From Podarcis filfolensis (taxonomy: Eukaryota): DNA of 64,000 nt. The position numbers and the translations under genes were made by a program. Shown here piece after piece: positions 11,730 through 24,671 of the stretch (within the stretch, counting starts at the first letter, position 1; every line of letters starts with the position of its first letter). The notes beneath the pieces were generated by a model. That model saw only the letters and a list, made by a program, of their open reading frames with translations. It made no database searches and was not told where the DNA came from. The stretch lies in assembly GCA_964270895.1 (NCBI GenBank), contig OZ185436.1. One strand, given 5' to 3'.

Positions 11730-13110
11730 ATAAACGGGGGGCTCCCTGAGTTCCCGGTCCTTCACCCACCCCGCGGAAATCGCTCGTCTGTGAAAGCCCT
11801 TCCTGAAGCTGGATCTCGTCTAGCGGGCTGTTTATTAGACTCCAAGCCTCGGCCTTGATTTCATTCCTTTTGTTCAAATCCCAGAAGCCCAACGGGGCTC
11901 CCTCGGATTTGTCCCCAAATGGCTCAAGCAGCGGGGGCCTACCCACAAGACGGTGCCCCCCTCCCAACCCACTCCCTGTAGGAGCTCAGGCGCGATCCGC
12001 GCTTAAGGTGCTCAGCCTTGGCTCTGTCCTCGCCCGCCAGGCGAGCCACTTGTTTCCCCACCGGCTCCGCAGCCCCACTCCTGCCTTCCGGCTCCTCTTT
12101 ATTTCCGCCTTCCACCTATTTCCACCCCCCCGCCCCCCGCTTAAATATAGCCGATATTCAGAGCGTCTATCTTGAACCGTCGGAGGGGGAAACCTCCGGG
12201 CGCCTCCCCTTTAAGGCTCGGGGCGGTTGCACCGAACGGCTTCATGAATGGAGGCACGTGACCCAAACATCACGTGACGTGTCCGTGAGCGGCGGCAGCG
12301 GCGGACCCCGGACTCTCGGTCCCTCTCTGCGTGGCGGCCTCCCCCCCTCCCCGCCCCGGCTCCCCCCCTCCCCCGGCGGCACCGAGCGGAGAGGGTGAGA
12401 GACTGCGCGGGCGGCCTGGGGCCCCCGGTTCCACCTTTGGGGGAAGAGGGAGGAAGGCAAGCCAGCGCCGCCGCCACCCCCCCTTCTCCACGAGGGAGGG
12501 AGGGAACGAGCGAGCATTAATAAGCGCGGGGGGGGGCGCGTCTGACATAGAAGCGGGGAGGGGGGTCTTTTTTAGGGGAGCCCTGCCTCTCGCTCTCCAA
12601 TTGCGCCCGGGAATTTCGGGCGCCGTGGAGTTCAGCGTTTCTCTCTCCACGGTGTTTATTTATTTTCATGATTATTATCTGAAGAAGCGACTCTTGCAAT
12701 GTAGGTGGAGACTTATGTTGACAGGAGCATGGCCCCCCCCTCCCCAATTTCCACCCGGGAATGTTCTGGCGCGCTCGGGTGGGGGGTTGCGCTCGGGTGT
12801 GTGTGCGTGTGTGAGAGAGAGATAATGATAATATAGTGTGGGGGGAGGGATAGGTGGGTCTAGGTGAGCGGGCTTCCGTATTTCAGCAGCCGATCTTCGT
12901 TTCCCCACCTCCTTTCTTCTCCGCTGCTCGTTGACTTCATTTTCTGTTGCTGACAGATGGGTGGGTGGCTTCCCCCCTTTCTTTCCTTCTGAGGGGTTTC
13001 TGCGGCGTGGGTGGCCGTATTTATTTCCCCACCGCTGTCGTTAGGAGGAGAGAAATGCCATTGCCACACCACCCCCGGTTTTGCCTCGATCCTTATTGTT
13101 GTTGAGTTTG
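11730..13110 (+). promoter_or_regulatory. MAFG: CpG island/promoter of MAFG with probable non-coding first exon (about 12285-12394)
   Basis: Sharp rise in GC and CpG content. It contains two CACGTGAC E-boxes (12255, 12271), GC boxes, and strong donors gagg|GTGAGA at 12395 and tag|GTGAGC at 12864. The acceptor ttttcttgcag at 19010 opens the first coding exon. Boundaries are approximate. Confidence 0.75.
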
Positions 13111-13278
13111 CTTCTCAAGTAGTGGGGATGAAAAAGTAGTTGGGCACCTTATTATTCCGTTTCTTCGGGCAGGTGCTCCCTCTCCCCTGCCTAGAGGGGG
13201 GGGGAAGCTGCTCCCTACACACTTGTGTGTGTCTCCAGGGATGTGCAGCCATGTCTGCTAATGTTAAAGGGCTTGCCG

Positions 13279-13563
13279 TGCTGACTCATCAGGTGTCTGG
13301 GTGGGGGAAAGAGTGAGTCTATGTGGGGTGGGGCACAGGAAGGGGAATATGTAGAGAGTATTCGGGATTGGAGGGGGGGCGATCTAAATCACCCCATTGC
13401 ATCCCCTGGCACAGCCTACTGTGTGCAGAGCCCAGACACTGCTGACTCATCAACATGAGGTCACCACTAGGTATATGCTGCACAAAGGGAGGTAGGGGCT
13501 GACCGGCTGATGGGACCTGTCAAAAGGGTTAGCTGGGTGGGAGAGGGTGACTTGCTGACTCAC
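13279..13563 (+). promoter_or_regulatory. Cluster of three CNC-sMaf/NF-E2/ARE motifs TGCTGACTCA(T/C)
   Basis: TGCTGACTCAT at 13279-13289 and 13440-13450; TGCTGACTCAC at 13553-13563. Confidence 0.7.
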
Positions 13564-15263
13564 TTTCTCACTGGGTGATAAGGCAGAGAAGGGTGCAAGT
13601 TCAGGAGATGGTTGGGAAGGGGATTCACCTGAGATTCTTCCTCTCTGCTACTTGTCTATATTTTGCCTGCATTCAAAATGTTGTGACAACTGTAGCTTTC
13701 TGAGCATATGTCATACAGTGTATATCCATGTGCAGTTTATGTGCATTAGGACAGAAGTGACTGTATGTGGGGAGTGTGTGAGTGAGGGAGAGAGAGAAAA
13801 AGGGTTACTTGGCAGAACTTTTGTGAGAGACCTATTCCTAAGTGCTTGTAGATTTATGCCAGTATGTATATTTGCCCTGTCTGCTCGCGTGTCCTCAGTG
13901 CTCTCTCTCTCTGTACACGTAGGTCTTAACTTTACTGTTTTGGCTAGCTTTATAGACTTTGTAAAATGGTAGTTCCTGAATACCTTTATGGAAATTGCTG
14001 CTACTTGTCTATGCCGTCTTTGTCAGACAGGCACGATGTCCTCAAGGACTCTGTGAAGGTGCTTGGCATGCTGTCACACTGAAGTGGGAAGGGCACAGAG
14101 ATGCAGATTCCCTTGTTTGTGCCTGCACAGCTCTGCTTGATTTGTATAATGGAGCACGTCTGTGCAACAAGTGCATGCTGTCCTACCCTGAGTCCCTTGT
14201 GTGAAGTTCCCACAGTGAAGCTAGCTGAAGCATGCTATCGTCTACAGCCACAACTCTGGAGGGCAATCTGTCCTCTGCCAGTTTGAGAGCGGCTTGGCTA
14301 CTGGGGACTGGGCAACTTAATCAGTATGTCATAGATATTTAGATTGTGATTATATGGAGATGGTTTGTGTGACAATAGCTAGCTGTGGTTTGATGTCCTT
14401 TTGACGGAGATCTCCACAAACTGATTCTAATTCTAAAACGGTAATGTTAGAAGGACAGAGAAAGTTAATCTAGTCTGATTCCATTCTCTGTAAAAGGATA
14501 CTTCAAACCTAGTGTTCCTAACAGACTGATGCGTAGCATGTCTCTTTCCTGGTCTCATTGTAGCAGGATAGGAGATGATGAACAGCTGTCTTGATTCTCA
14601 TTCTGGGTGTCTGACATGGCAACCTGGACAATGTATTATCCCTTGGATATTTAGATAATTGCAGTTACTTACAAAGCTTGTGGCAAATAGGAAGCAAAAT
14701 AGATGTGCCTTGTCTAGAAGCATTGTACAGTACTTGAAAATAATGATTCAAAGGTGTGGAGAGAGATGAGCAAGCTCAGTTTTAATTATAAATATGATGA
14801 GCTCCTCAGTGATCATAACTAAGGAGTCTGGCAGTCTGGTAGGAAGAGGTCAGGTTACTGATTTTTGGTCCCCTTTACTTCAGTTCTGCTGAGTAAGAAG
14901 AAAACTTGTGTAAACAGCAGTTCTGAGGCACTTTCTAAGCATAGCAGGGATATTGCTGGGGCCAGTCAGGTCTTGCTTTGAGGAGACAGAATTCTCTAGT
15001 GACTCTATGTTTCTTGAAGTCTTAACTGGGTAAGCATCTACTTTCAGGTTAAATATTCCATAAGTGAGAAGTTATGTATAGACAAGCCCTCACAAAACAC
15101 ATGGAATTCATATACTTGCAGATATGTACAGTGTAGTGTTGAAACTACTGTTCCTACTTCACCTGTTGAAAAGCCTCCCGTTGCTGTTCTCGTCATGCCC
15201 ATCTCCTTTCTCATCCCTTGCAGCTGGGCCTCCTCTGATGGGGCTGTCTCTGCTCCTGGAATG

Positions 15264-15275
15264 GGTGACGTCACC
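15264..15275. promoter_or_regulatory. Palindromic full CRE (GGTGACGTCACC) in MAFG intron 1
   Basis: 12-bp perfect palindrome containing TGACGTCA in otherwise CpG-poor intron. Confidence 0.4.
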
Positions 15276-18089
15276 ATGTTTACACTAGTTTGATGGCACA
15301 GCTCTGTGAATCAGGAATGTTGAGAATGGGGCCTGTGTTGAATCATGCGCTCTGCTGTCAGCTCTGTTGTGAGCGAAGAATTGGCGGTGCTTGTGCTGAG
15401 TGCAGGCCTTTTGAGCTTGGCAAAATGTGTCGAGGTTGCACTTTTTCCCTTTGCAGCCGTCGCACTTGGCACTTTCCAGTGTGATCTTTCTTCGGGAAGC
15501 TGTCAAAAAGCTGAGAAATCAGCAGTCTGGGGAGTTAGACCAAGTTTGTCTCTGTCTGGATGCCAGTTCTCTCCGGCCGTCCTCCTTGCATGATGTTAAT
15601 AAGTCCTTCTGTGGCCAGCAAGTCAGGACTGTAGAAGGGTCTGGTGCCATCCCAATTTATGCTGGGTACAGAACACGCTAAGTTTGGTAGGGATTCCACT
15701 TCTTGACTGCCCTCTTTTGGCCTTTTAAAATCTTTCTAGTAATGAAGGTTGTGCTTGTCTAGGCACAGACGCAGCACACATTACTCCTTCTGATGAAACT
15801 AAGATGCCTAAGTCTCATATACAAAGATGAGTTCAAGTATCTTCATACTTTGACCCATCAGAGTGACTGAGGTTTTTTTTGCTGTGTCTCATCTTTTTCT
15901 CACAACATAGACTTCCCCAATAATTTCCTGTGCAATGAAAGAGAACTATGAGCACTAAAGATTATTTCCAGGCAGCCTTTATATCATCTCTTCTTTTCCC
16001 TGATGATAATAAGTAACTTCGCATTCTAAGCATTGATCTCTAGACATTAGAGTCCTGGACTTGCCCTATGAAAGACATTTTTGAGTTGGCTGGGCAGGGC
16101 ACTAAGTGTATTTACTTTCCCACAAAGTATCTCTTTCCTGGGATATCTGTGGAACATCACTTATACTTGGCATGGTGAATCTTATTATTTCCTTACTTCT
16201 GCTGGATTTACAAACCTATGATGGGTCTTTGCTTAAGCAGTTTCTGTACTTTAGAAATGTTCAGATCACTCTCGCATGAATGCTTGCAATGATGCCTAAT
16301 ACATTCTCACATGTCTCAAAAGAAAATCCTATAACAGGAGAAGGAGACTGTGTTTGGAGTATCAGTTCTAGTACTGTGGCTATTCAGTGAGTGGGGGACT
16401 TTCGTTTACAGTTCTGCTGCTGGAGACCTATAACTGCACATGGTTTTTAAATGGAGCAAAGTCAGAAAAATGAAAGCATATACTGTTGAGAGGCATACTT
16501 GTGCATTCTGTAGCATTTATTTTACCAGTATTGAAAGAACATGATTTTTATAGCATTACCATGGTGTCAGAGGGAAGCCTTTGCCCTGTTGCAAATTGTG
16601 TTTTGGGGGATGGCAATACTGTGTTCCTCCTAGTCTATTCTCTGAATTAAAAAACTTAACTAGCAATTAATGTCTCTTCCCCCCACATATTTTTAGAATG
16701 CTGACTCCCAAATGGTGAGTCCCAATACTGCCTGCAATCAGGCTTTGGATGTTATAGCGCAGCAAGCTAAGTGTATTTTCCTTCAAGATCAGTAATTGTT
16801 TGGAACCTACTTGTCAGTTTTAAAGACAAAAATAAGTTGGTAGGTCCCTCTAGTAAGACAGTTGGGACCCACTGTGTTAGTGTGCAGTAAGCCTTTAATC
16901 AGTGACCACAGCCATATCCTTTGGGCATAAGCACTTTGCTTGTCAGCAGTTTTCGGTGCTCTAGGAATATCAGAGTTGTTGCTGGCCTATTAGTGATCTT
17001 GGAAAGCGCTGAAGCCATCCCTTCTGGGGGTGCTGCTGGGGGACCGTTCCTTGGCTTTTGCTGACACTAGCTTGTCTTAATTCTCTGCTATAAATGTGAA
17101 CTGATGTTTTATGCATTTAACAAACAAGAACATGGGCTGTGTGGGAGAGGCATTTATTATGCCATGTAAGTGCTGATGATGTGCCTGGTGGGAGGTGGAT
17201 GTAAAAACATCCCTGTCTGGATGCACATAGTGACTCCTCTGTCCCTGACACAGTCCTGGCCACACCAGCAGATTTTCTTCTTGCTTAGGGAAAAACCGTG
17301 GCTTCTGAACTATTCCAGACAAGTAGCCAAAGGTATAGTATTTATGATGTCTAGTGTGTGTGCATTTTGGGGATGCATGTGACCTGTAAGACACGACTCA
17401 TCTCTTGCTGCAATCCCAGATCTTCTGCAGGAGAACATTACTAGTGTTGCATAAAGTTCCAGATTAAGCCTTAAGAGTAGCACGACAGGATTCTGCTTTC
17501 TTTTTTGTTTGTGGTATGTGGTAGACTGTTCTGGCATATACCGACAGCTACACCAAGGCATGTCTGTATGTGATGTCTTTTTTATGAATCCACATTTGTC
17601 TGCTGGTTTCAAAAAGAACATTCTAATAATGTGCTCGGCAGTAAAAATTTGCTTGCAAATGTACTTGCTGTCCCATGTGTCTTGTGAATTCTGGCATTGC
17701 AACGCTGAATTTTATTCTCGCTAGACTAACACAATGGATGTAAAATTACTAAATGTAAAAGTATAATCAGTGTGGGTTCTTTAATTTGCCTTCTGATTTC
17801 CTGAGCTTTAACTATAAAAACCTGATTACACTTCCCAGGCTTATTTCTGAAATCATAATTGCTGGAATCTTGAGAATCTTTAAACTTTTTTTAAAAAAAA
17901 GTTGCATTTGGCATAGATTTCTCTAGCGACACACATTCTGGAAGCTTAGAACATAGTGACATGAAACCAGTAAGCCAGCCTTTCCTAATCTTGCACCCTG
18001 TACTACAACTCCCATAATTCCTAAACATTGCCTATGCTGGATGTATCTTATAGAATTTGTAGTCTTCTTATTATTTATTTATTTGAACC

Positions 18090-18265
18090 NNNNNNNNNNN
18101 NNNNNNNNNNNNNNNNNNNNNNNNNNNNNNNNNNNNNNNNNNNNNNNNNNNNNNNNNNNNNNNNNNNNNNNNNNNNNNNNNNNNNNNNNNNNNNNNNNNN
18201 NNNNNNNNNNNNNNNNNNNNNNNNNNNNNNNNNNNNNNNNNNNNNNNNNNNNNNNNNNNNNNNNN
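18090..18265. other. Assembly gap (176 N) in MAFG intron 1
   Basis: Run of N. Confidence 1.
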
Positions 18266-18658
18266 AACCCAGAAATGGCTCCCAAATGTTGAGTCCCTTA
18301 GGTCGCAAATATCTGGAGAGCACTAGGTTGGGGCAGTTTTCTAGGAGCCTGTATGCTCCCTATCATTCCCTCTTCTCCCTGCCCGTCACCCCCTGTGTTT
18401 TGCTATTCAGTTTCCCAGACAAAGAAACACTTGAGACAGGTTGGGTCAATGCATATGCACCAGCTTCTGTCATAGGGAGTATTTATGAAGACTGCTCCCA
18501 CACAAACTCTCTAGTTTATGGGGTGTCATCGTAGCTCGTGTAGCTTTCAGCCCAATCATGGAAAGAGAGACAGGCTGGTTCCCTGGCAAGCCTCTTGGGC
18601 TACAACTCTCCTGCTTGGTTATACTACGAAGCATGTACTGTAAGCAAGGCTGTTAGTA

Positions 18659-18671
18659 TGCTGAGTCAGCA
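18659..18671. promoter_or_regulatory. Perfect T-MARE (TGCTGAGTCAGCA)
   Basis: Exact 13-bp Maf recognition element about 340 nt upstream of the first MAFG coding exon acceptor. Confidence 0.65.
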
Positions 18672-19036
18672 TGACTGGCTCGGCACAGGCGTGCAGGACC
18701 CTGGCTGCCAGGCTATTTTTAAATGTGGCTTCATCCTGCTCTGGCTCCTCCCAGGGTTCTTAATTCCCCCCTGCCATTTGCCTTTAAGTATTATAGAGAA
18801 CTGTGGGGCTGGTAGGGACAGAGGTGGCAAGGAGCTGTTGTAAGTCTCTCTGCTTGGTTCATGCTGTGTGGAGCGCATAGGGATTTGTTCCAGCAGGGAG
18901 CCTTGCCCACTTCCCTGCCTGGTTCCTGAGCCAGATAAGTAGGGATCTGTAAATGAGGGCTCAGGATCTTGAGTTTGATGGTGACCTCTGGCCATTCTCT
19001 TTTCTTGCAGAATCTGACTGTGAAGGCTTGCGTGTT

Positions 19037-19610
<574 letters not shown>

Positions 19611-20854
19611 TGAAACGAGCACTGCCTGGGCTTGTGTGTGCAGGGCAGTTAGGCACAAAGCTCACCCGGAATCCCCAAAGCACAACCCTCTCCCAGATGG
19701 CCTAGCCCACACAGGCACACGCTGGCCTGCTTGTCACTGCAGTCCCTTTGTTTTTAGCTTTGTTCTGGTTGGTGTGACTGATGGTAATGCAACCCTTCTG
19801 TGTGAGCAGAACCTTCCACCCAGAGGTATTCTGGGGACAGAGACTGAAGGACCTCGGTACTCTAGCCAAAGAGATTCTCAGCAGCATGGAATAAATTCTT
19901 GGGGAGAGAAATCGCCCAAAGGGGGGAGGGCAGAGGTCATAGAAAGTTGGAAGACCTGCTGTCAGTGATGACTTATACCATTCTTCCAGGGTTGTGTGTC
20001 AGCTGTCCAGTCTGCTGCTTGTAAATTGCTTGGTATCAGTGGCTATAATGGGGGTAGTTTGTGTAACCATGTTTATATTAACATCTAGTTGCGCCTTTTA
20101 TGTTTAAAGGTGGGATTCCTTAGGACTTTTCCTAAAAGGGGAGGGAAGGGGCAAAACTGCAGTTTCCTGGTGTCTGTGCTGCTGAGAAGGGAAAGGAGCC
20201 AGGAATGGGCACTGTTGTAGCCTGCCTGTCAGGTAAAAGGCAGGTTCTACCGTGGTGACTACAGGCCGGTTTTGTGCCTAATGTGTTGCACTGAACAAGA
20301 CCAAAATCACTAGTTGTTTCCTGTGTTTGGAGAGTATCAAGTGTCTCTAGTGTGATGGTTTACACAAGTCTATGTGGTTTTAAATAGCCCTTTATTTAAG
20401 AGAGAAACATTCATTTGAAAGAATTCTTAAATGATCTAAGTCTCAAAAGTAAAACTGGATGAACAACTTGGATTTAATAGTCTCCTTTTTAACCTGAGAA
20501 GGGTGAGAATATTTGACTGTCATATTCCTGGAGACTTTGCTAATTTAAAAGAAAAGAAAAAGAAAAGCAAATTTTAAAAGTTTCTCGCTAAGTCTTTGTG
20601 GCTCCAAGGTTGTTTTTTATAAAGAGTTATCAGACTTTTATTTATAAATAATGTAGGGGGGGGAGACAAAAAAAGGCTAGTCCTGTTTGATATCTTTTTG
20701 CAATTGTACCAAAAGTGACTTATTCTTGAACTCCTCACCCGCTTCTTTTGTGCTCCTGTTGTGTTTAGTTGTCTGTGCTCTGAGGTCTTGTGTGGCGCTG
20801 TGATGTGATGGTGCCAATGGCCATCTTTGCTGTGTGGATGTCCTGTGAGCATTC

Positions 20855-20885
<31 letters not shown>

Positions 20886-21033
20886 TTTCCTGGGCTGAGG
20901 GCAGGGCTTTCTTGGGCATTTCGCAATGACCTTCTGACGATCCTCTCATTAGAAGGTTTATCTGTTTATGATAGCCTCACTTCCTCAGCTGCTGAAGTCT
21001 GAGGTAAATTGGTGTTGCTGAAACTGAATAAAT

Positions 21034-21171
21034 CAGGCATAGGCAAACTCGGCCCTCCAGTTGTTTTGGGACTACAACTCCCATCATCCCTAGCTAACAG
21101 GACCAGTGGTCAGGGATGATGGGAGTTGTAGTCCCAAAAAACATTTGGAGGGCCGAGTTTGCCTATGCCTG
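21034..21171. mobile_element. Hairpin hAT-type MITE
   Basis: 58/60-nt near-perfect inverted arms CAGGCATAGGCAAAC...GTTTGCCTATGCCTG with a 20-nt spacer. Flanks GAATAAAT/GCATAAAT look like an 8-bp TSD, as is typical of hAT elements. Confidence 0.85.
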
Positions 21172-24100
21172 GCATAAATTATAACTGACAGACACTCTTG
21201 CCTTCCCCCATGCCACTTTGCATCACAGAGTTTGCTTTCCTGTGGATACTGGGTCTCCAATGGTCAGTCCCAACATGTCAAAAAAGGTTGGGTAGAGGAG
21301 GCCACTGCCCATGCTGCAGCAACATGAATCAGTTAGTGGAGCTGGCAGTGTAACTAACTCCAGTATTTCCTAGGGTTGGGCCACAGGCTGCATACATCTA
21401 GGTTCATTCCTTGGGAAGAATTATTTTGCTGTCAATGCTACCATCAACTTACCTCCTGGCTGTTGTTTTCTATTCTTGGGCATGTTGAGAAGTACTTGGG
21501 AAGCGCCAATGGAAACTCCATAGAGACTCAGTGTGATTGTCAGTGTGACCCAGGAAAATCCAGCTTTACTATTTATTCTCTGGATACTCATAAAGTGTTG
21601 TTGGAAGCCTGGTCACGAGGTTCTCCAAAGGAGAACCTTCTGGCAGCCTGCTCTTTTCTGAGAGGAGGAGTTGCCCTGCCTTCTGCGCTGCTACCCAGAA
21701 GTGTTTGGTTCACAGGGAGCAGGTGGTCATCCCTTTATCAAGAGGAGCATGTTGGGACTTTGGCAGTATGTATTTGTCAGGCTATCTCTCTAGGTGTGCA
21801 CTTAAAACTTGGGGCTTTGCCTAGAAAACAGTGTTCTTCAGAGCAAGCACAGCTAATGAGTTCTAGTCGAGAACACATTCAGAAATTTTGACTGGAGCAG
21901 CATAAGAATAGCACTATAATTGGCAGACACTAGAACCCTCCAGCTGTTACGATATTGCCAGCAGGATCGAGAAACTTGCATAGCTCAGGCTGGGCTGTAC
22001 AGAATCCGGTGGCTTTTCAAACTGACATTCTACTAGATTTGGCCTTCACGGCTAAAGAGAAAAACTTAATGGCCAATTTTGAAGCAAAGAGGTCAAATTC
22101 GTATAAGCTGAAGGGCCAAATTCTTACCCAGCAGATGCCCAGGGACAGCACTCAACAATTTCCATTGAAAATGTTTTTTCCATTTCAGTTTGCTGAAAAT
22201 TAATTCCCCGGAGTCATCTTCCGAATAACCCACTCAGTGTGAGAATTTCACTGCCTAGAACATCTCCTAGGTGCAAGAAAGAAATAAAGCTTTAAATGAG
22301 GATTAGTTGTCGAAAGTCCTCTTCTTGAGCTCTCTCCAACTGCAAGCTTGCTGTTTGCAATGTAAAGACAGGGCTGCTCTCTACCACCAGTGGTTCTTGT
22401 AAATATCGCAACCATTCTTTCGACATGGCAACCTGGGGTGCTTTTCTGCTGCCCTTTGAATATGTGGACTGCCAATATGCAGTTGGCAGTACAGGAACAA
22501 GGAAGAGCAAATGGTAAAAAAGTGTGGAAGGTGTGTGTTTAAATAATAAAAGAGCTCTGGTGTGGATGTACACTTAGCTTTGCTGGAGATTCCACCAAAA
22601 ATTATATTGGCTACTCCATACTGCAAATTTAGAAAGAATAGGTAAGAGGCTGCTATTGGCAAGGCAGCACCTTTCCCCTAGTAAGGCTGTTAGGTGTCTG
22701 ACCTGAAAATGATTGAATTGTATGGAGTATGTTAGGGCTGCTGTGGGTCAGATGTGAGCTTGTAAGGTCTGGTAAGGCTCCAGGGATTTATGTCTCTCAC
22801 TCCTGGTTTAAAAGGTTTAGAAACCATTGGAGGATTGATTATGTAGGATTGCTGGGTCCAGAGCTGTCCTACCTTTTATTGTTTTTTAATCCTTCTACCT
22901 CTCTGTACATCTTTCCCTCCCATCTTCAAGCTGTGCATATTCTTTTCCCCTTATTGCCTTCCATTTTCTAGTCCTTGCCAAAGAAATCCAAATTCTGTGA
23001 AAACCAAACAGTTGTAATCTGAGGAAGCAATATTTATGCAAACTTGTCAAACTGAGAAACCACAATAGCATGTAACTTGGGTTTCCTGGTCACCAAACTG
23101 ACAAGCGAGAGGTGGGATGTGTGTGTGAAGTGAAATCTTAGGTCACGTCATAGCTGGCTTTTGAGAGTCACGTGAAGGGCAGTTCCATGGGCTGCCATGC
23201 TCCCTTGATGAGCAACAACTCTTGAATGCCAGCTGTCTGACCTCTGCCTGCCTCTCCATTGGCATTGGTGTGCTTCTCTGTACTGTATACTGCTCCATGG
23301 AAAGCAGGGCGACGACACCTTTGGTGGTAACTTTGATATTTAAACACAGCTTGTATGAGAAAGTGATTGAGTGGGGCTGTCTTTCTGGGGTAGAAGTTTC
23401 TTTTCAACAAACCTGTTGACTCTTATCATGGACAATTGTCCAGAACAGTTCTTAACAGCTTGCTGGAGTTGGCCGGGCTTCCATTGCTGCTTCCTCTTAA
23501 TGGATTGTCTACTATTTCCATCTAGATCTTGGATAGCAAGAAGGGCTCCTACTGAAAGTCTCTCCTCTAGAGTTGCAACTCGTGCCCTTTCCGAGGCCTA
23601 AAGAGGCGAGACGCTGTCCACAGCTGGGTTTGTTGGAAGAAGTTGCAGGTGCATCACCTTGAATACAGCAGGTGTGTTATCAGGCATGTTCTGGCTTTGG
23701 AAAGTGGGAAGGATTGAAATGAAAGTGATGAATCTTCGAACACTCAAGGGGCCCTTCAAACCTCCCATCTTCCTTCACCCAGTTTCAGTCCGTCTCCTAC
23801 TGTTTATGAGTTCTTTCCATCCCAGGTGCCCCTCTCAAGCCCTTCCCCTTGATTTCTCTTTCTGGTATATAGAATTCGGAGTGTGATGGTTCTTGTTTTC
23901 GAGGTGCTTGTTTGTTTGGTTTTTCTGCTGTGAAGGGTGTTGTGTGTTTATTTCTCCTTTTTTATTATGGGGCATTTTGTTTGATGCAACAGGTGGGGAG
24001 CTTTGCTTTCTACTTAGCTGCAGAGCAAATACGTGAAGTATAATTCCGCCCACATGTGGCTGGCTTGTGGCGGGGAGGGGGAGGGGGGCTTGTTTTATGT

Positions 24101-24399
24101 CGTGGTGAATTGTGTAAAAGTGATCTCTTTGATTATGGAACAATTATTTTGCTTTGGAAAAAGCAAGCAAGACTGCAGGCTAGGACTAGGGTATTTGACA
24201 CTTAGGCATGGGTGGAGATTGCTCAGCGTTTGCGCATTGTGCCCTCAGGTTGGATAGCTGGGAGTGTGTGAGTGCATAGATACATGGACACACACATCAC
24301 ATGCATTCATGCTTAAAAGTCATGCATTCCTTGTGTCAGGTGTTCCTTTTTGCATCTCTTGTGCCCTTGGCACACTCCAGAGATGTTGCAAGTTGGCCT

Positions 24400-24455
24400 T
24401 GGCAGGGGGTTGGACTAGATGACTTTTGAGGTTCCTTCCAAGTCTATGATTCTAC
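24400..24455 (+). mobile_element. CR1 3' end fragment
   Basis: ggttggactagatgac..ccttccaagtctatgattct tail. A similar reverse fragment lies at about 2705-2780. Confidence 0.65.
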
Positions 24456-24589
24456 GCTTTCTTCATATGTTACCTTTAAACAGGATTGGCATCCTGTGTA
24501 TTGATGAAGCTGCACTCAGAATTGTAGCTGAGCTCCAGCGGCATCTTGCCTTCCCTTCCACTGGAAAACACAAGCACTTATTGACAACC

Positions 24590-24591
<2 letters not shown>

Positions 24592-24669
<78 letters not shown>
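24592..24669. repeat. Compound microsatellite (CT)n(CA)n
   Basis: Directly visible. Confidence 0.95.

Positions 24670-24671
<2 letters not shown>

Noticed and set aside
12018-12908. Several overlapping 76-164 aa ORFs at the MAFG promoter
   Set aside because: They are low-complexity Pro/Gly/Arg frames expected in a stop-poor CpG island, with no domain.
18028-18534. ORFs containing X runs
   Set aside because: They read through the N gap.
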